A DNA stretch of 64,000 nt from Pocillopora damicornis (GCF_003704095.1 NW_020844379.1:186001-250000); one strand, 5' to 3'; shown: positions 23,131-36,825, numbered from the stretch's first letter. Made by a program: numbers and translations. Notes: a model not told the origin generated them from the letters alone.

Positions 23131-23554
23131 GTAAACTGTTGTTGTTGTTGATGTTGAACTCCAGTTGAAAGGTTGACCGTATAAGTGATGATGACTTTAG
23201 CTCACCAGTCAAACGAGAAAAAAGACACCTCTTTTTCATTATTGACCTGGTAGTCGTCTTCACTTCACCGTCATCGATAAGGTGGATATTGGTCAAGTCC
23301 AGATTCATAAAAACGCAACGAACGAATTGGGCCACTCTACAGCCACATGACCAAAAAAGCTCGGTCAGTGACCAATTGATTTCATGGCAAACAGATAAAA
23401 CCAAAGTGTGAACACAAATATGATTATCAGCATACTGTGGTGAGAAACACGGAGAAAGAAACTGGCATTAGCCGAAATACGATCTTATGGACGTTTATTG
23501 ACCTTTCCTATGATTCAACATCCATCTTCAGTTGGTGCGTGATAATAAATACAA

Positions 23555-23928
23555 TTGGATCCAACATAATGACCAGACCGCTGCACCAGTATCGCAGAGG
23601 TTATGGGTTCAAATCCCGTACGGGCCTGAATTTTTTTTTCAGGCCTTATTTCAACTACTGGTTCAGTAGTGTTCATAACAACGAGGATCGATTCTATATT
23701 CGTTTCTTTAACCGCAGTGCACATATATGATTTTCATATATTTATAGCCATTATTCACTACTTGGAAGGTTTGTTTGTATCCAACATGATGACCAGCTCC
23801 CAGTTGGCTTGTTAGCTCAGTTGGTAGAGCGCTGCAAATCCCGTACGGACCTGAACTTTTTTCGGGCCTTATTTCAACAATTAGTTCAGTAGTGTTCATA
23901 ACTACGGGGATCGATTCTATATTCGAAT
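23555..23928 (+). mobile_element. Tandem dimer of a tRNA(Thr)-derived SINE, ~220-bp period
   Basis: A-box TAGCTCAGTTGG in copy 2, B-box GGTTCAAATCCC in copy 1, anticodon-like loop CCAGTAT; shared body GGCCTTATTTCAAC..GGATCGATTCTATATTCG. Confidence 0.8.
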
Positions 23929-24657
23929 TCAAGTATCTTTAAAAGTAACCGTTATTGACTTTGGATGATTGACAAATCCCAAGTCCGGGACCAAGACCCC
24001 TTCCTTTGTCCTCTTACTTGTTTATCTGGTGTACACCGGCTACTTGCCACATCGATTATGTCCTCAACTCTTTCTTGTAGGTAACCTTTACAGTAACGCA
24101 CTGAGCATTGATGCTGGTCGTTCCATTCGTGGCACATGCGGATGCATCTAAACTACGGTAAAAGTATGAAGATTTTTTTAGAGGAAACGGTTTTAGTTGA
24201 GAACCGAAAGCATGTCATGTATTTGATAAGAAAAACTGCTTCCTCGATTCGAGGCAATAATGCATCCCTTTTTCTCTGATAATCTTCACATCAACTATGA
24301 GCCTTACTCCGGAAGCATGCGACGAACAAATATATCATTTTCAGCGTGATCTCTTTTCATACTGGTTGGGATACATCGGCTGCATAAGATTCAGCTTTTT
24401 ATCGTTCCTTTTTCCTTTTCTTGCTTTTTGTTGTAGCCTTTTGTTCTGTTTTGAATTGTTACGTTTTGTTATTTCTTTCTTAATTTTTTTTTTCATCATA
24501 AACCACATCATTTGAAGTATGTGATTTCTTCAGAGGTTTTTCGCATATTCATACCAGCAGTTAACCAGCTATTGGTGGATATTTACCTCGCTGCTTGGCA
24601 GCCCAGTGAATATCCGACGCTAGCCACCGAGGTAAATAATTGTTTTAATATGTATGC

Positions 24658-24779
24658 TGTGGTTTAATTTTATCTTGGTTCAAATTTTATTTTCCTTTGT
24701 TTCAAACTCACTATTATACATTACAATACCCAAAAACAAAAGAAAATAAAATTTGAACCAAGGATAAAATTGAATCACA
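24658..24779. mobile_element. Small MITE with ~38-bp TIRs
   Basis: TGTGGTTTAATTTTATCTTGGTTCAAATTTTATTTTC / GAAAATAAAATTTGAACCAAGGATAAAATTGAATCACA. Confidence 0.75.
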
Positions 24780-24964
24780 AAATCTGCTAAAACAGTGCGA
24801 TAACATAGCAAAAAAAGATCATTTAATTCATTTATTACTGCAACGATTATAATATTTTCGGGCGCAGATCCCACGCGAGTTGTTCGGAAGTGAATACCAG
24901 GTGATATTAGGAGTTTGCGTAACCAATCAGTCCCGGCCTTCGACGCTATCCACTGTTTTTACTT

Positions 24965-27900
24965 TTTCAAAGACGACTGCCAGAGGAGTGCATCTGCATA
25001 ATCTTTGCTCGTTGAAGCGAATTGATAACGATAGGCCAAGTCAGCCAAATGGAGCGTCAAATTCTAGTAACACCGGGCTTGAAATCGTCCACCTGAATAT
25101 AGGATCGCTCAAAAATCGCGCTCACTTGTCAGAGCTGTGACTTCTTGCTTCAGAAGGGAAAACCGATATCATCACAATCTTTGAAACTTGGCTAAACACT
25201 ACCGTCACAACCTTGGAGTTACAAATTGATGGATACAAGTTATACAGATTGGACCGTCTTCACAAAAGGGGCGGGAGAGTCTGCACCTACATTCGGAAAG
25301 AACTTAAAGCAACTATTCTGAAAGAGCTCTCCTATATACCCGAGCGAAATTTCTATCAGTTATGGTTAAGTATCTAGCAAAAGAAATTAAAATTGATGGT
25401 GATCCGCATCACGTATCGCCCAGAAGACTACCCCTTCAGCTCCTTTGATGAGGTCCTTAAACCCAACTACATCCAAGCCTTACTGCTCAAAAAGCCTATC
25501 TTAATTTCAGGTGATTTGAATTGTCTCATTTGAATCTGCTCTGAATTTAAAGCATTGGAGAAACTTTACTCCGAAATGAACTTGATACAACTCCTTGAAA
25601 AGCCAACTAGGATCACAGAAAAACACTGAATCGTTGCTTGACGTGATCCTAGTTAAGCCCAACACGCTTGTGCGGGACAGTGGGGTTTTACATTGGCCCA
25701 TTAGCGACCATTCAATCGTCTTCGTGAAACTCAAAGTTAAGACGCCAAAATCTCCCCCCAGTTTGTAAATGTCCGCAACTATAAGAACTATAGCCCTAAC
25801 CTCTTTATGGTAGACCTAGCTGACAAGGCCAATGACCTTCTAACAATTTTTGATGCTAGTGACGTGGACACCAAACTCAATACATTTAATGATACTCTAC
25901 AGTCCGTTCTAGACATCCATGCTCCCATGAAATCCATCAAGATTTTAAGCAGACCCCGTCGTTTTGTCAGCAAGGATATCAAGGATCTCATGAAATCTAG
26001 AGATGGTCTCCTCAAACGATTTCATTAAACACGGGACGCCGTTGACCGAGCTAATCTTAAAGAATCGCTCCACTTTGTTAAGAAAACCCTACTTGAAACT
26101 GAGAGAAACCACACCTTCGAAGTGGTGAGATTGCATCAGAAAAATCGCGGTTCTCTGGAAGATAATGAATCGCGCTCTCCCTTTCAAAATCAAGGCGAGG
26201 CAAATTTGTTCAAAAGATCTGAAATCCGTAGCAAACGAATTCAACCAGTTTTTTGCAGCTGTCGGTAGAAATGCCGCAGAGGCCTCCGTGCGTCTGGCCA
26301 AGAAAAACAACATAGTGATCCCCGAGGAGATCAGTGTCGACCTCACTCCCATCGACGAGCCTTTTAATCTCAGAACCGTGACACGTGAGGATGTACGGCA
26401 AGTTACATTGTCTCTGCCACTTAACAAAGCACCTAGTCCTGATATAATGAATACACGCATAAGCAATGACTTCCTACCCTTCATCTTAGGCCCTCTGACT
26501 GAGATCATAAATTGTTCCATTCTTACTAGTTCATTTCTAAATAAGTAGAAAGAAGCAGAGATAATACCTATCCTTAAAGACGGAGATCATGAAGATCTCT
26601 TTTAACTGTTAACAGACTGTTGACAGTCGTGTCTAAGGTTTGCGAGAAAATCGCTCTCAGTCAATTCACTACTTACCTCCTTAACAACAACAGGTTAACA
26701 GCCTGGCAGAGAGGTAACAAAAAGGCCCACTCCACTGAGACTCTGAACATCTACCTCACAGACTGCATCTTAGAAGCTATGGATAGGAAGAAGCTCACCG
26801 TTCTCGTCCTGTTATACCTCTCAAAAGCTTTTGACAGCATTCGACATCAAAAGCTGCTTCTTAAACTCTCCAAAGAAGGAAAATCACCTTCAACCGTTAT
26901 TTGGTTCAAGAGCTATCTATCAGAGCACTCTCAATCCGTCCGAATTGATTCCACTCTTTCGGACCTCCTGCCAATAACACACGGAGTCCCAAAAGGTGCA
27001 GTCCTTTCACCATTGTTTTTCTGCATCTGCCTCAACGATCTGCCCTCGGCTCCTGGTACTTGCAGCCTGGAGTCATACGTGGATGACTCGCAAGTATTCC
27101 TGTCATTCCCGCTGGCAGAGGTTAATTCGGCGATTGAGAAGCCTGGACAACACCTGCGCAACGTGGCCCAATGGTGCTGTGCAAACAACTTACTGATAAA
27201 TCCAAGCAAGGCCGAGCTGCTCTTTATTGGAACTAAGCAGTTGATGAGTAGGATACCAGGAGCTCCGCAAGTGTCCTTCCTTGGTTAGATATTACAACCA
27301 CCTACTCCAGCCAGGGACTTGGGAGTCATTCTGGACCCTCACTTAACTTACGACCACACAAGTAGTCTTGTCCTGCTTTTCTAAACTATATCAGACAAAT
27401 GGTGTTAAGAATAGCTTTAACAAAGAAACTTTAAAATAACTAATAGCATCATTAGTTTTTAGTTAAATGTTACATTGTTCCACCGTGTAGTCAAAGACAT
27501 CAGCTGGAAATATCAGTAAGCTACAGTCAATCCAAAACTTTGTCAGCAAGGTAGCTACGAACTCTAAGAAATTCGACCACGTAACTCCTTTGCTTCGCCA
27601 GTTGAACTGGTTACCCGTGAAGCAATTACAACTATATAAGAACGTGATAATGACATACAAATGTTTGAATGACCTTGCTCCACAATACCTGAGTGATAAA
27701 TTCATGAAGCGCTCTAGTATTCATGCTCGTTACACGCGCAAAAGGGACTCGTTTCAGATACCGATTTGTAAAACTGCCACAGGCCCACGTACTTTTACCT
27801 ATAGAGCAACTAGCTTATGGAACAGTTTGGTAATGACGTTAAGAATCGTACCTCCTTGAAATCTTTCATGATCGCCACGAGGAAGCACCTCCACACGGTA

Positions 27901-28070
27901 TGTAAGTACGAACCTTCAGAGCTTGTTTAGTTGTAAATAGTTATTATATTTTATTATTATTATTATCATTATTATTATTATTATGTTATTACTTTATGTC
28001 TTCATACAATTGTAAACGGATTTTGAAAAACCTTTTGAGGAACATCTTAAAGTTTAAATGTTAAATGCTT
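24965..28070 (+). mobile_element. Near full-length decayed L2/CR1-group LINE ORF2 (APE endonuclease plus RT)
   Basis: APE: HLNIGSL, ETWL, RLDR..GGRV, YRP, GDLN, SDH. RT: KAFDSI, GVPKGAVLSPLFF, YVDDSQ, DLGVILD, HVTPLLRQLNWLPV. Many stops and frameshifts; (ATT)n and TAAATG-like tail. Confidence 0.92.
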
Positions 28071-31000
28071 TAGTATATATACTAAACACACTTATCAGTC
28101 TCTGGTTCTAGAAACTTCGACGCTGATTCCTCTAATCGATCGACTCGGAAAATACAGAGAATATTATACAAGCTACCCTGAACTCACTTAAGTATATATC
28201 TGGTATAAAGTTATATTAAATAGACTGTAAGATGTTCTCATTTATACCTTCTACCGTGCTTAAATATGGTTGATCTGAATTTGGAGGTGCTTCTGTGAGG
28301 TTACTGTGTTCATCACCCTCTATCTCACTTGACCTCATGACTGACTGTCAATCAAAAGCAGTTTATATTAGGAAAACGTGAAGCAAGAAAAGAATGAGTA
28401 TGTGGTGTTATATGGCACAAACATATATATAACCTCTGACACTCAACAGATACAGAGCATGCACTGAAACTTTACCAAAACTTCACTGACACCTGATCAG
28501 TATTCAATAACACTGGGTCAGCCGCCATGTCTGTCGACTATCGCTCGATTTTTACCTACCTTCTTTGAGGGAGGTGAACAGACGCCTGGCTAAGAGTCTT
28601 AGTCGGACTATGATTACGATCCTCTCGGAAATGCAATTTAATAGTCGGCTGAGGTATCCCACTTGAAAACTTTCGCAGAGTTTGTGAGATTTGTTCCTGA
28701 CTTCACACAATGGAGTGGCACCATACACTTTAATTATGATATTTTGTTTAAGAAGGAAAAGGCATCCCGACAGTCTTAGTTTCGAATAAATGTTATTATG
28801 ATTCCTTAAACCCTACGTAAACAACAAATAGTCTGAATTCACTTACATTCTCCGCACTGGTCTACACCACTAGATCGGCACGAAAAGAAGACATGTAGAC
28901 CTAAAATCGACGAAATGGAATTTAGCATTTTAAAACTCTTTTGCTCAATCTAAGATCCTTTGATCTTGGCCATTTTCATGATATTCAAATCACATCACCT
29001 CATAATCGCGCGGATTCCCCTGTACAACAGTGACAGCAACACCTATAGAGACTGAATCGTGGTAAAAATTTCTATTCCTTGAACAGGCAATCTTCACTAC
29101 TGACAGCATGGGCCACGGCTATTATTACGACTTGGTGCGGTTGTTGTGCTCTGTTTTCTTGCTGAGTTTTCCCTCATTTCTGTCATTTTGTCGGTGTTTC
29201 AACTAAATGGAATTTCAATTCCTATTTTCTTTCCCCACTAGGTACCTTTTTAACACAAAAACTTTTATTGCTTTTATTCAGTATTATTATTTTAAGGATC
29301 TCACTATTTAAATGACTGCATCTCATCTTCTTTTTTATTCATTAACGATTCTGAAACGCATTAAAGGGGTTATTTTTAGCTCTTGCAATAACGCCTGTCA
29401 TCAAAAATTAATTAGCACTGTATGTTTTTGGCCTTGAAAGTTAAATGCAGTTTAGGGCAAGGACGCAGCATTTTAAGGTTTTTTTTTCCCACTAGTCAAA
29501 CGAGTGTGGTGACTCAAAAACTGTTCCTATTCAACGGCTCTTCTGTTAGTACTAACAAACCGAAGCCGTTTAAAGCCAGTTAAAATGAACTAATTTGCTT
29601 GAGATTAAATAGACTCAGCTGATTGGTTGCGCCATGAAAGATATTTGTATGATCAACACTGCCTTTGTCAATAAGGCTGCTTGAGTGGACGCCGACGAAT
29701 GCAGATGAAAGTAACGTCAAGAAACAGCCCACCATAATTTCAAACAAGACGTCCGAAAGCTAAGGTAAGCGCGGTCATCATCCAATGTGATACTTTGGTC
29801 GCCTAAGTTATCGTCTGGGATATCTTTAAGGCCAAAAAATCTTTTATCGCACTTTGTTTGCGACCTAACACTCAAAAAATTTATTCATGGCTAAGCCAGA
29901 TTCAATTCCAGCGTTAATTGAAGATTTTTTCTTCATGCGTCTCAAAAGGGGAAATTGCCCGATGCTTTATCAAGTGATGCCAACACAATGTTTTTTGCCC
30001 GCTTAATAAAAAGTATTCAAAAGCCAAAGCCTGTTTAGCTCATCAGTAACGCACGAACACATTTTTGTTGAAGGCAGCTCTCTGCTTCAAGGTCAAAATG
30101 CGAATAAGTGCAGATATCTAGTCGCGTTCTTGTTTTCCTTCCCAAATCTAAACTGCTGAAAGTAATTTTTAACACAGCTTGACTTCTCCAGTTTGATGTA
30201 TGTATGCATGCATAAACACCACATTTCGTTCGCTCGTTACTTCGTATGTAGTCTACGTAATATAAATAAACATACATGGCAACGACCAAAATACCCTAAA
30301 ATACGATTTCTTTGTTCGCCAGAATGTAATCGAATAGAATTCTGATCAGCACGTTTTGATGCCATGAATGGTTATGATTTAAACAAATAGTTTTTGTGGG
30401 GTACATTTTGAACGCAGCCGGTAATGTATACTGTGAATACACTATTCAGACTGTCTCTTGTATTTGGAAAAGAGGAGTAAAATTTACATAACAGTGAAAA
30501 CACTACCTAAAATCCATTTAGACAAAAATATTAGAAGGGCTTCTCATTGGTTTTCATCATCAGGGAAAATTTAGCTTCGCATTTTTAATTCGCTTTTGTG
30601 CTCGAATTAAAAAGGTTAAAGCGATTTTTAAGTCCTGACATATTTATCAGTATGTAATTATGGTTTTTTTTTACATTCGTCAATTCCTAAAATGTACTAT
30701 CTTCATGTCAAAAGAAGCAACAGAAATGTAACGAAAAATGAAATTCCTCCAGAATTCCTGATATCTGTTTTGTTGTTATTGATACGCAGTAAACCTAAAT
30801 CTGTTATTGCTGTTTTAATGACATTTTTTTTTCTTTAATTCGGACATAAGGATTTAGCGCCAGAATTGAAGGATTAACAATAAAAAGCAACATCATTTGC
30901 CGAACAATATTGAATGTTCTCTACTGTGCCTCGCAGAGTTCTTGAGTGTCGTCATAAAGTAATTTAATTGACCGGTTTCCCAATGCGACTCAAGCCTCAG

Positions 31001-34000
31001 TTCACAGGCCTCTTAACACAATTTTAGTGCACAAAACTCATTTCCGGAATAGCAGTACTAGATTTGTTGCCATCTTTTTTTATTTTTACTCTGGACTGCA
31101 TCAACCTCTGATATACGGGCCTTTCCCTGGTATAAACTAATGTCAGACCAGCTTGAAGCTTTCCCTCTCTCACTTTGTTGTGTATCTCCTCAACCTTGGT
31201 TTTTTTTATCTACATGAAATATACGATCCTCGTTAAACATCAAAATCGTTATGAAAGGGGCACCAACTTAACATTTGACACCATCAGTCAAGTGATAGAT
31301 ACTTTCTAATATCTAAAAGTGATTCTTGATAAGTGATTTAAGACGTGACAGTTTTTGGCATTTTATCACAATTAGTATATTGATATTTCTAGAGCATATT
31401 TAATACATTTGTGAAGCATAAGAACTATGTCCACAATGATCCCTACTTATGAGAACTTTAACAATCGCGTAACATATATATGAAACCTTTTTAACTGACA
31501 TGAAAGTTTTTACTCCACCCCAAGTTACGAGTTAACCCAGGTTGAATCCCCACGATGGTTAATTCTCTTGCAGTCAAATGGTTTTTGGGTGTTTACCTGA
31601 AAAAAGGCAACGAACCCAGGTCAGCCTCCTCGACGAGTGACCGTTGTTGAAACTTGTTGACCGGGCCTAGAGGGGCGAAATCTCATCAATTCCTTTCTGG
31701 TAAACTGAGTCCCAAGAACTCAGTTATCCATGTTTTCTTTGTTTTCATTTTTGTGTCTTTTTTTTTTTGTTCATCACGATCCCATCATTCCAAGAGAAAA
31801 TCATAGGACCATTATTTTCCTTTAGTCATTCTCGTTACCTTTTTAATTTTCTCGTGACCTTTACAACCGGAAGAAAGGCAGACCCACGTCAGACTCGAGG
31901 CTAACTGCATGGCCACGGGGTATGACTTTCTAAGTTTGCGTTTATAAAAAGTTTATACTTTTAAAAGTCTTTTAGGATGATGTATCCCGAGGTTGTAAAT
32001 CAATCCAAGTTCGCGAATAGAACTGAGTCTTCTAAGGACGTGTCTTGCAAACAACAATGTCAACAATTCGCTCAGAGCTCCCCTAGTCTTGCAATGTACC
32101 TGCTGGAGTTTTCCTCTTTCTTTTATGCCGTGTGAAAACTGTAGCTCGTTGGTAAAATCACTGGGAGTACACATGGGAACGAATTTTCGCCGTCGTTGTT
32201 TTCAAGACACATCTTTAAAAGGCCTTTTTTCTACCAAACAATATCACTCACGCGCCCCATGCTCTCATGGACAAGGTGTGTTTTAACATTTTTGCCAGAA
32301 AAGACAAGCCAAAACACAAAAATTGTTTAGTCTTTGAACGGAAAATCGCTTATTCAGTGGTTTAACAAGGTAGGGACAATTTCTTGACGACTGTTGTTAT
32401 CGAAACAGACCACCTACTACGATATCATGCACCGCCTACGGAAACGCGTGGCATGGATAACTACTAACTCTCTGAAATGCTATTATCTACTTCATTCACT
32501 CGAGTGAATAACTCACAATCGTTACATTGTACACATATGACCAATTTCCTTTTGTTACACTGAATAAATTTAAAAGAATCGTCAAGAAAATTTCATCCAT
32601 CTGGTATTTTATCTACTTAGGTCAGTAGAAAGACAACCGGCTTTGCGTAATATCAACTACAGCATAGTGTTGTGGTTTTCGTGCATGTGGAGAACCAAAT
32701 CAGGATCTATTAGCAAAGCACACACTGACTTCTTGTTCTGGCAAGATTATTAGGGTAAATTATTTAGATATAGAGGGTGGTTATTTCAAAAATGGCAGCG
32801 AAGTTTGGTTTGAAAGGACTTAATGGAAGTTATTTATTTTTCCCACCCTGTATTCTATGGCAAGGTCTGTGCCAGCTTTCGAGCATCATAGACTGAAATC
32901 GAAACTACTGATGTTCTACAGCATTGTTTCAAAACGAGAGAGAGAAAAAAATTCTGATAAGATCCTCTAGAATTTTTACTTCTTCTTTGAAACGCAGGAC
33001 GAAAATTTGGATTTCGTTAAATGCGAACTGATGACTAATGAGTGATTTTAATCACTTAGTATCTATCATTTTCAAACAGGAAGCCAGACAAATAACGTTA
33101 GTTCCTATGTTAATAAAAGCCTGATATGAGCTTTCACAGGCAGTATGAACAATATTTTTGTTGGGAATGATCTCCTTTTTCCCAACCTTAAAAATCTCAA
33201 TGTTACAAAAGAATAAGGAACTGTCAAACATCACAGACCTTATCCCCGCCTCCACATATCTTAAGCGTGCCTGCGAATTATATCAATGTACAGAAACCAC
33301 TCGGCTAGCCTCGCGGACATAGTTTGCATTGCTTTCGCGGCAGTTTCTCTCTGATTTCTCATTAGCACTAAATGAATTAAATCATTACCATGCTGCTCTT
33401 TCATCATTTTCTCGTCAGATACGGTGTAGGGAAGTGGCGATGAGCGCTGTCGTGGTTCTGTAGCATTGACATCATGTGATAGTGGGCTTGTTTTGGAGAC
33501 TTTACTGTGCTTCTTTGGGTTGTCTGCTTTAACTATATACATACTTTAAGTTTCGAGTGAGTCCCTAGACTAGCTGCAGGAAGACACCTTTTTTACTTAC
33601 CTCATAATTCAGCCAATTTGAATTGATTTATATTCAGACAAAGCCAATAATGTGGGAAAACTTTACATGATAATAACCAACTGCTAAAATTACCATATTA
33701 AACCAAGGGTACGACAGGTCCTGGCAGTTCACTTTAAAAAACGTCGTGACATGGTTGGTTACTGTGATCTTCAGACCGACCTTATAGCTGAACACCGATA
33801 TGAACCGCGATATTTTTCCATTCATAAACAAAAATTGTGATTGATAAATCATTTTGACAGATATTATATGGGAAAAATCCAAACTGATCAAAATTCATGC
33901 AAATTGATTTATTCTGGTCATCTAAGCGAACATTAATAAAAACAGCTAAGATTCAAAGCATTTCAAGGGCAAAGGAAAAATTGCAATGACACTGTCTATT

Positions 34001-35429
34001 GAATAGACCCTCATGTCAACTGTCCTGTGGTAGTGCCACCGAGGAGTTTTCAACCAATTCACCCGGGTTTCCTTGTGATCCTCGGAAAAATCTAAGGCCG
34101 ATATCCCTCAGCTTCAAGCTTGGACATTGTTTGATGTTTTTATCTCTCACCGATTCTTCTGGATGTCCAGACCGGCAGTTGACGATCTTCAAATGCGGTC
34201 TTCATACTTTTTCAGTTTTTTGTCTTTTCAACTGACGTAGATAGCCACTTGCAGTGTCACCTTTTCTGTCTTTCTCTCATGATTCCCATGAGCTGAACAA
34301 ACTAAACATGCAAGATTTCATTTAAATTTGACACAACTTATGTTCTGGGGAGTTGATTCCGTTCTGATGTAGTCAGTTTTCTTCGGCCATTCACACGGCG
34401 AAATCTTACTTAATGGTGCTAAGTAGCTGAAGAGCACCAAATCATCTCAATGCGAGGCTATTAAAATGTCTAAACAACTATATAATTTCAAGATTTTATT
34501 TGTTAAGAAAAGGGTGAGAAAGGGTTGACACAAGTGTAAAGCAAATGAGGAGTCCGGGACAGTAACACAACAGTTTTTGCGAGTAAAACGTTAAAATTCT
34601 GCTGCCAGCGACATTCTCAAATTGCTTCTTTTTCAAATGTACAAAAAAAACAACAACAACAAAAAAAGACCTCAACTTCGTGGAGGCAGATTACCGTATC
34701 TACGAGGTGTTCACAGCACACTCGAACTCGAACTGATCTTCTATCGGTTTTCATTACTTTAATTTCTTTCCGCGTCATCCCATTCTTCGCCATGAAAATA
34801 ATGCTTAAAACACTGGAGCGTGGAATTACCATGATAAAGCTTTCAATTTGACCAAGTAAAAATGTGAGAACCAAACATATTAACGAGAACAACAAGGGAG
34901 ACTAAGTGTTGCTAAGCAATCCACCAGGTTGCCGGATGAAATTTGGACAAGGTACCTTATGTTCTTTAAATTCAAACAGGCAGCCTCACTCAGTCGCCTT
35001 ATCAAAGATCAAACTTCCACATAAAAATTCATAAGATCACGCTTTCGTGTTCTCTAATTTCCAAACAATGTCATTTCTTGAGTACAATTCTTATCATCTA
35101 TTCTCGTCATCGACTATCGACTCAAACCATTTCCTCGTTTGACTGGTCATATATATTTTGCCCTGTCTTTTTGTTGGAAACGTTTATAGCTTTGTGATCA
35201 CGAAAGAGTACTCAGATCGCTAATGGCATTGTATGTTATTTGCAAAGGGAGATGAGATGACTAGTCAGTTCTCAAATCACCATAGATGTGCCTCATCTTA
35301 CAATTAGGGCACAATTTTTTTTTGAAATGTTCGTAAATTCAAGCCAGTAGAGTGTAAGAATTTATCGAAAAAGCTCCGTAGAAAGGTTCTTGAAGGCTTA
35401 AATTGTATTTGCTCCACGCTTGTTGTTAT

Positions 35430-35483
35430 CCAATCAAATCTTTCCAAACATAACTACATGTAAATTATCGGGTGGTCACGTGA
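35430..35483 (+). promoter_or_regulatory. Candidate proximal promoter of the cyclase (CCAAT box plus E-box)
   Basis: CCAAT at 35430-35434 and GTCACGTGA at 35475-35483, in CpG-rich DNA ~400 bp before the ATG. Confidence 0.35.
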
Positions 35484-35859
35484 ACAAAACAATTCTCTTC
35501 TCAGACTCCCTCAGTAACTCTTGTCCTGTCGTTTCAACGAAGGTGCAGCTAAATTCTTCACGATAATTTTGTTGTTGTGAAATAGCCAGAGGAATAGATA
35601 CGATGTTAAAAACGAAAAGAAAGACTTTCTGACGACACACTTCGACTATTTCACCTTTCTGCCGCGCAGGGCATGAATGATGGTCGAGGACTGTCCACTT
35701 GTTTTGGTAGTTCGTGAACCCGAAAAGTTTTAGAATTGGTTGCTACGGTCCTTAGTAATTTCCTCCGCGTAGTGTTAAAAGAATTTTCATGAAAGGGCCC
35801 ATGTTACCTTTCCGTAAAAAATTAGTTCGGCCGTTGAATCTACTTTTCAATTGGTGATC

Positions 35860-36825
35860 ATGTCAGCGCATACTGACTCTGCTACTTTCAACAGAAGGTC
35901 TTCGACACCATCCAGACGAGCTTGGGAAGAAACAGGAGAGAAACCACCGGCAGGCGACTCACAGAACGATCTTAACAAAAATGTAGCGGACGGGAATAAG
36001 TCTGTGCGTCAAGAAAGAACTGGAAGTGAAGGACAGAAGACAATGACAAGCATGGAGAGCAACGGATCAACCGAAGTTCGACTTCGGTCTGTGGAAGTTG
36101 GTGTCGAGGAAAACGCGAACATCAAAACGAGTAAAGGTGAAATCGCTCAAAAAGATAATACGACGAACGGATTTCCAGACGTGAACGTTAAAAATGGAAA
36201 AAAAAATGGTGCAAAAGATCCCGAAGCTTTGAAAGGTGATCATGTATGCGAGGATTCCTGTTGTGGTGACTGGACGTTGTTTACGCGGGTTTTCAAATCG
36301 AAGAGATTCGAATCGGAAAAGCTCGAGGGCCTCTATCAACGTTATGTGTTTCGCCTGAACCAAAAGTTTATGAGCTGGCTTATTGGACTGCTACTTATCT
36401 TAACATTCATTCTCATAGGTTTACAGTTCGGTATGGAAAATAAGATGCCTCCAGAGACTAATGCCGAAGGCATTACTTTATGTATATTTGCCGTTGCCTA
36501 CATCTTGCTGGCTTTAATTGTGAATAGAAGTGGTTCCTCACAGAGCAATTTAAATTGGGTATCTTATATTTTACTCGCCATATCTTGTGGATTTGTTCTA
36601 GCTTCAGTTGTTTGTCCTCCTTCAAAGGATGTAGAACCAAGCCACCCTAAAAGCCTTTATTCGCCATCAGATGGCGTATGGCTAACAACTTTCTTCGTCT
36701 ATATGACTTACACCATGTTGCCAGTTAGGATGAGAATTGCCGTCTTCGGTGGCTGCCTTCTTCCTGCGATACATCTCATATCAAGCGCTGCGATGAATAA
36801 CAAAGATCCAAACCTTTCAAGATTG
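35860..36825 (+). CDS. ADCY5: Adenylyl cyclase exon 1 (N-terminus plus TM1-5)
   Basis: ORF 35851..36939; TTG|GTAAGC donor. Confidence 0.92.

Noticed and set aside
23581-23850. Functional tRNA gene
   Set aside because: Each copy lacks part of the cloverleaf and sits in a repeat body.
28521-28568. GCCGCCATG Kozak context after a TATA-like tract
   Set aside because: The ORF is only 13 codons and nothing else supports a gene.
31614-31666. Hairpin GGTCAGC/GTTGACC enclosing CTCGACGA..GAAAC
   Set aside because: Core is not CUGANGA, stem II is poor and there is no helix III; likely chance.
33261-33542. 93-aa minus-strand ORF with a nearby minus-strand donor at ~33600
   Set aside because: No recognisable motif and no consistent exon chain; an antisense lncRNA cannot be excluded.
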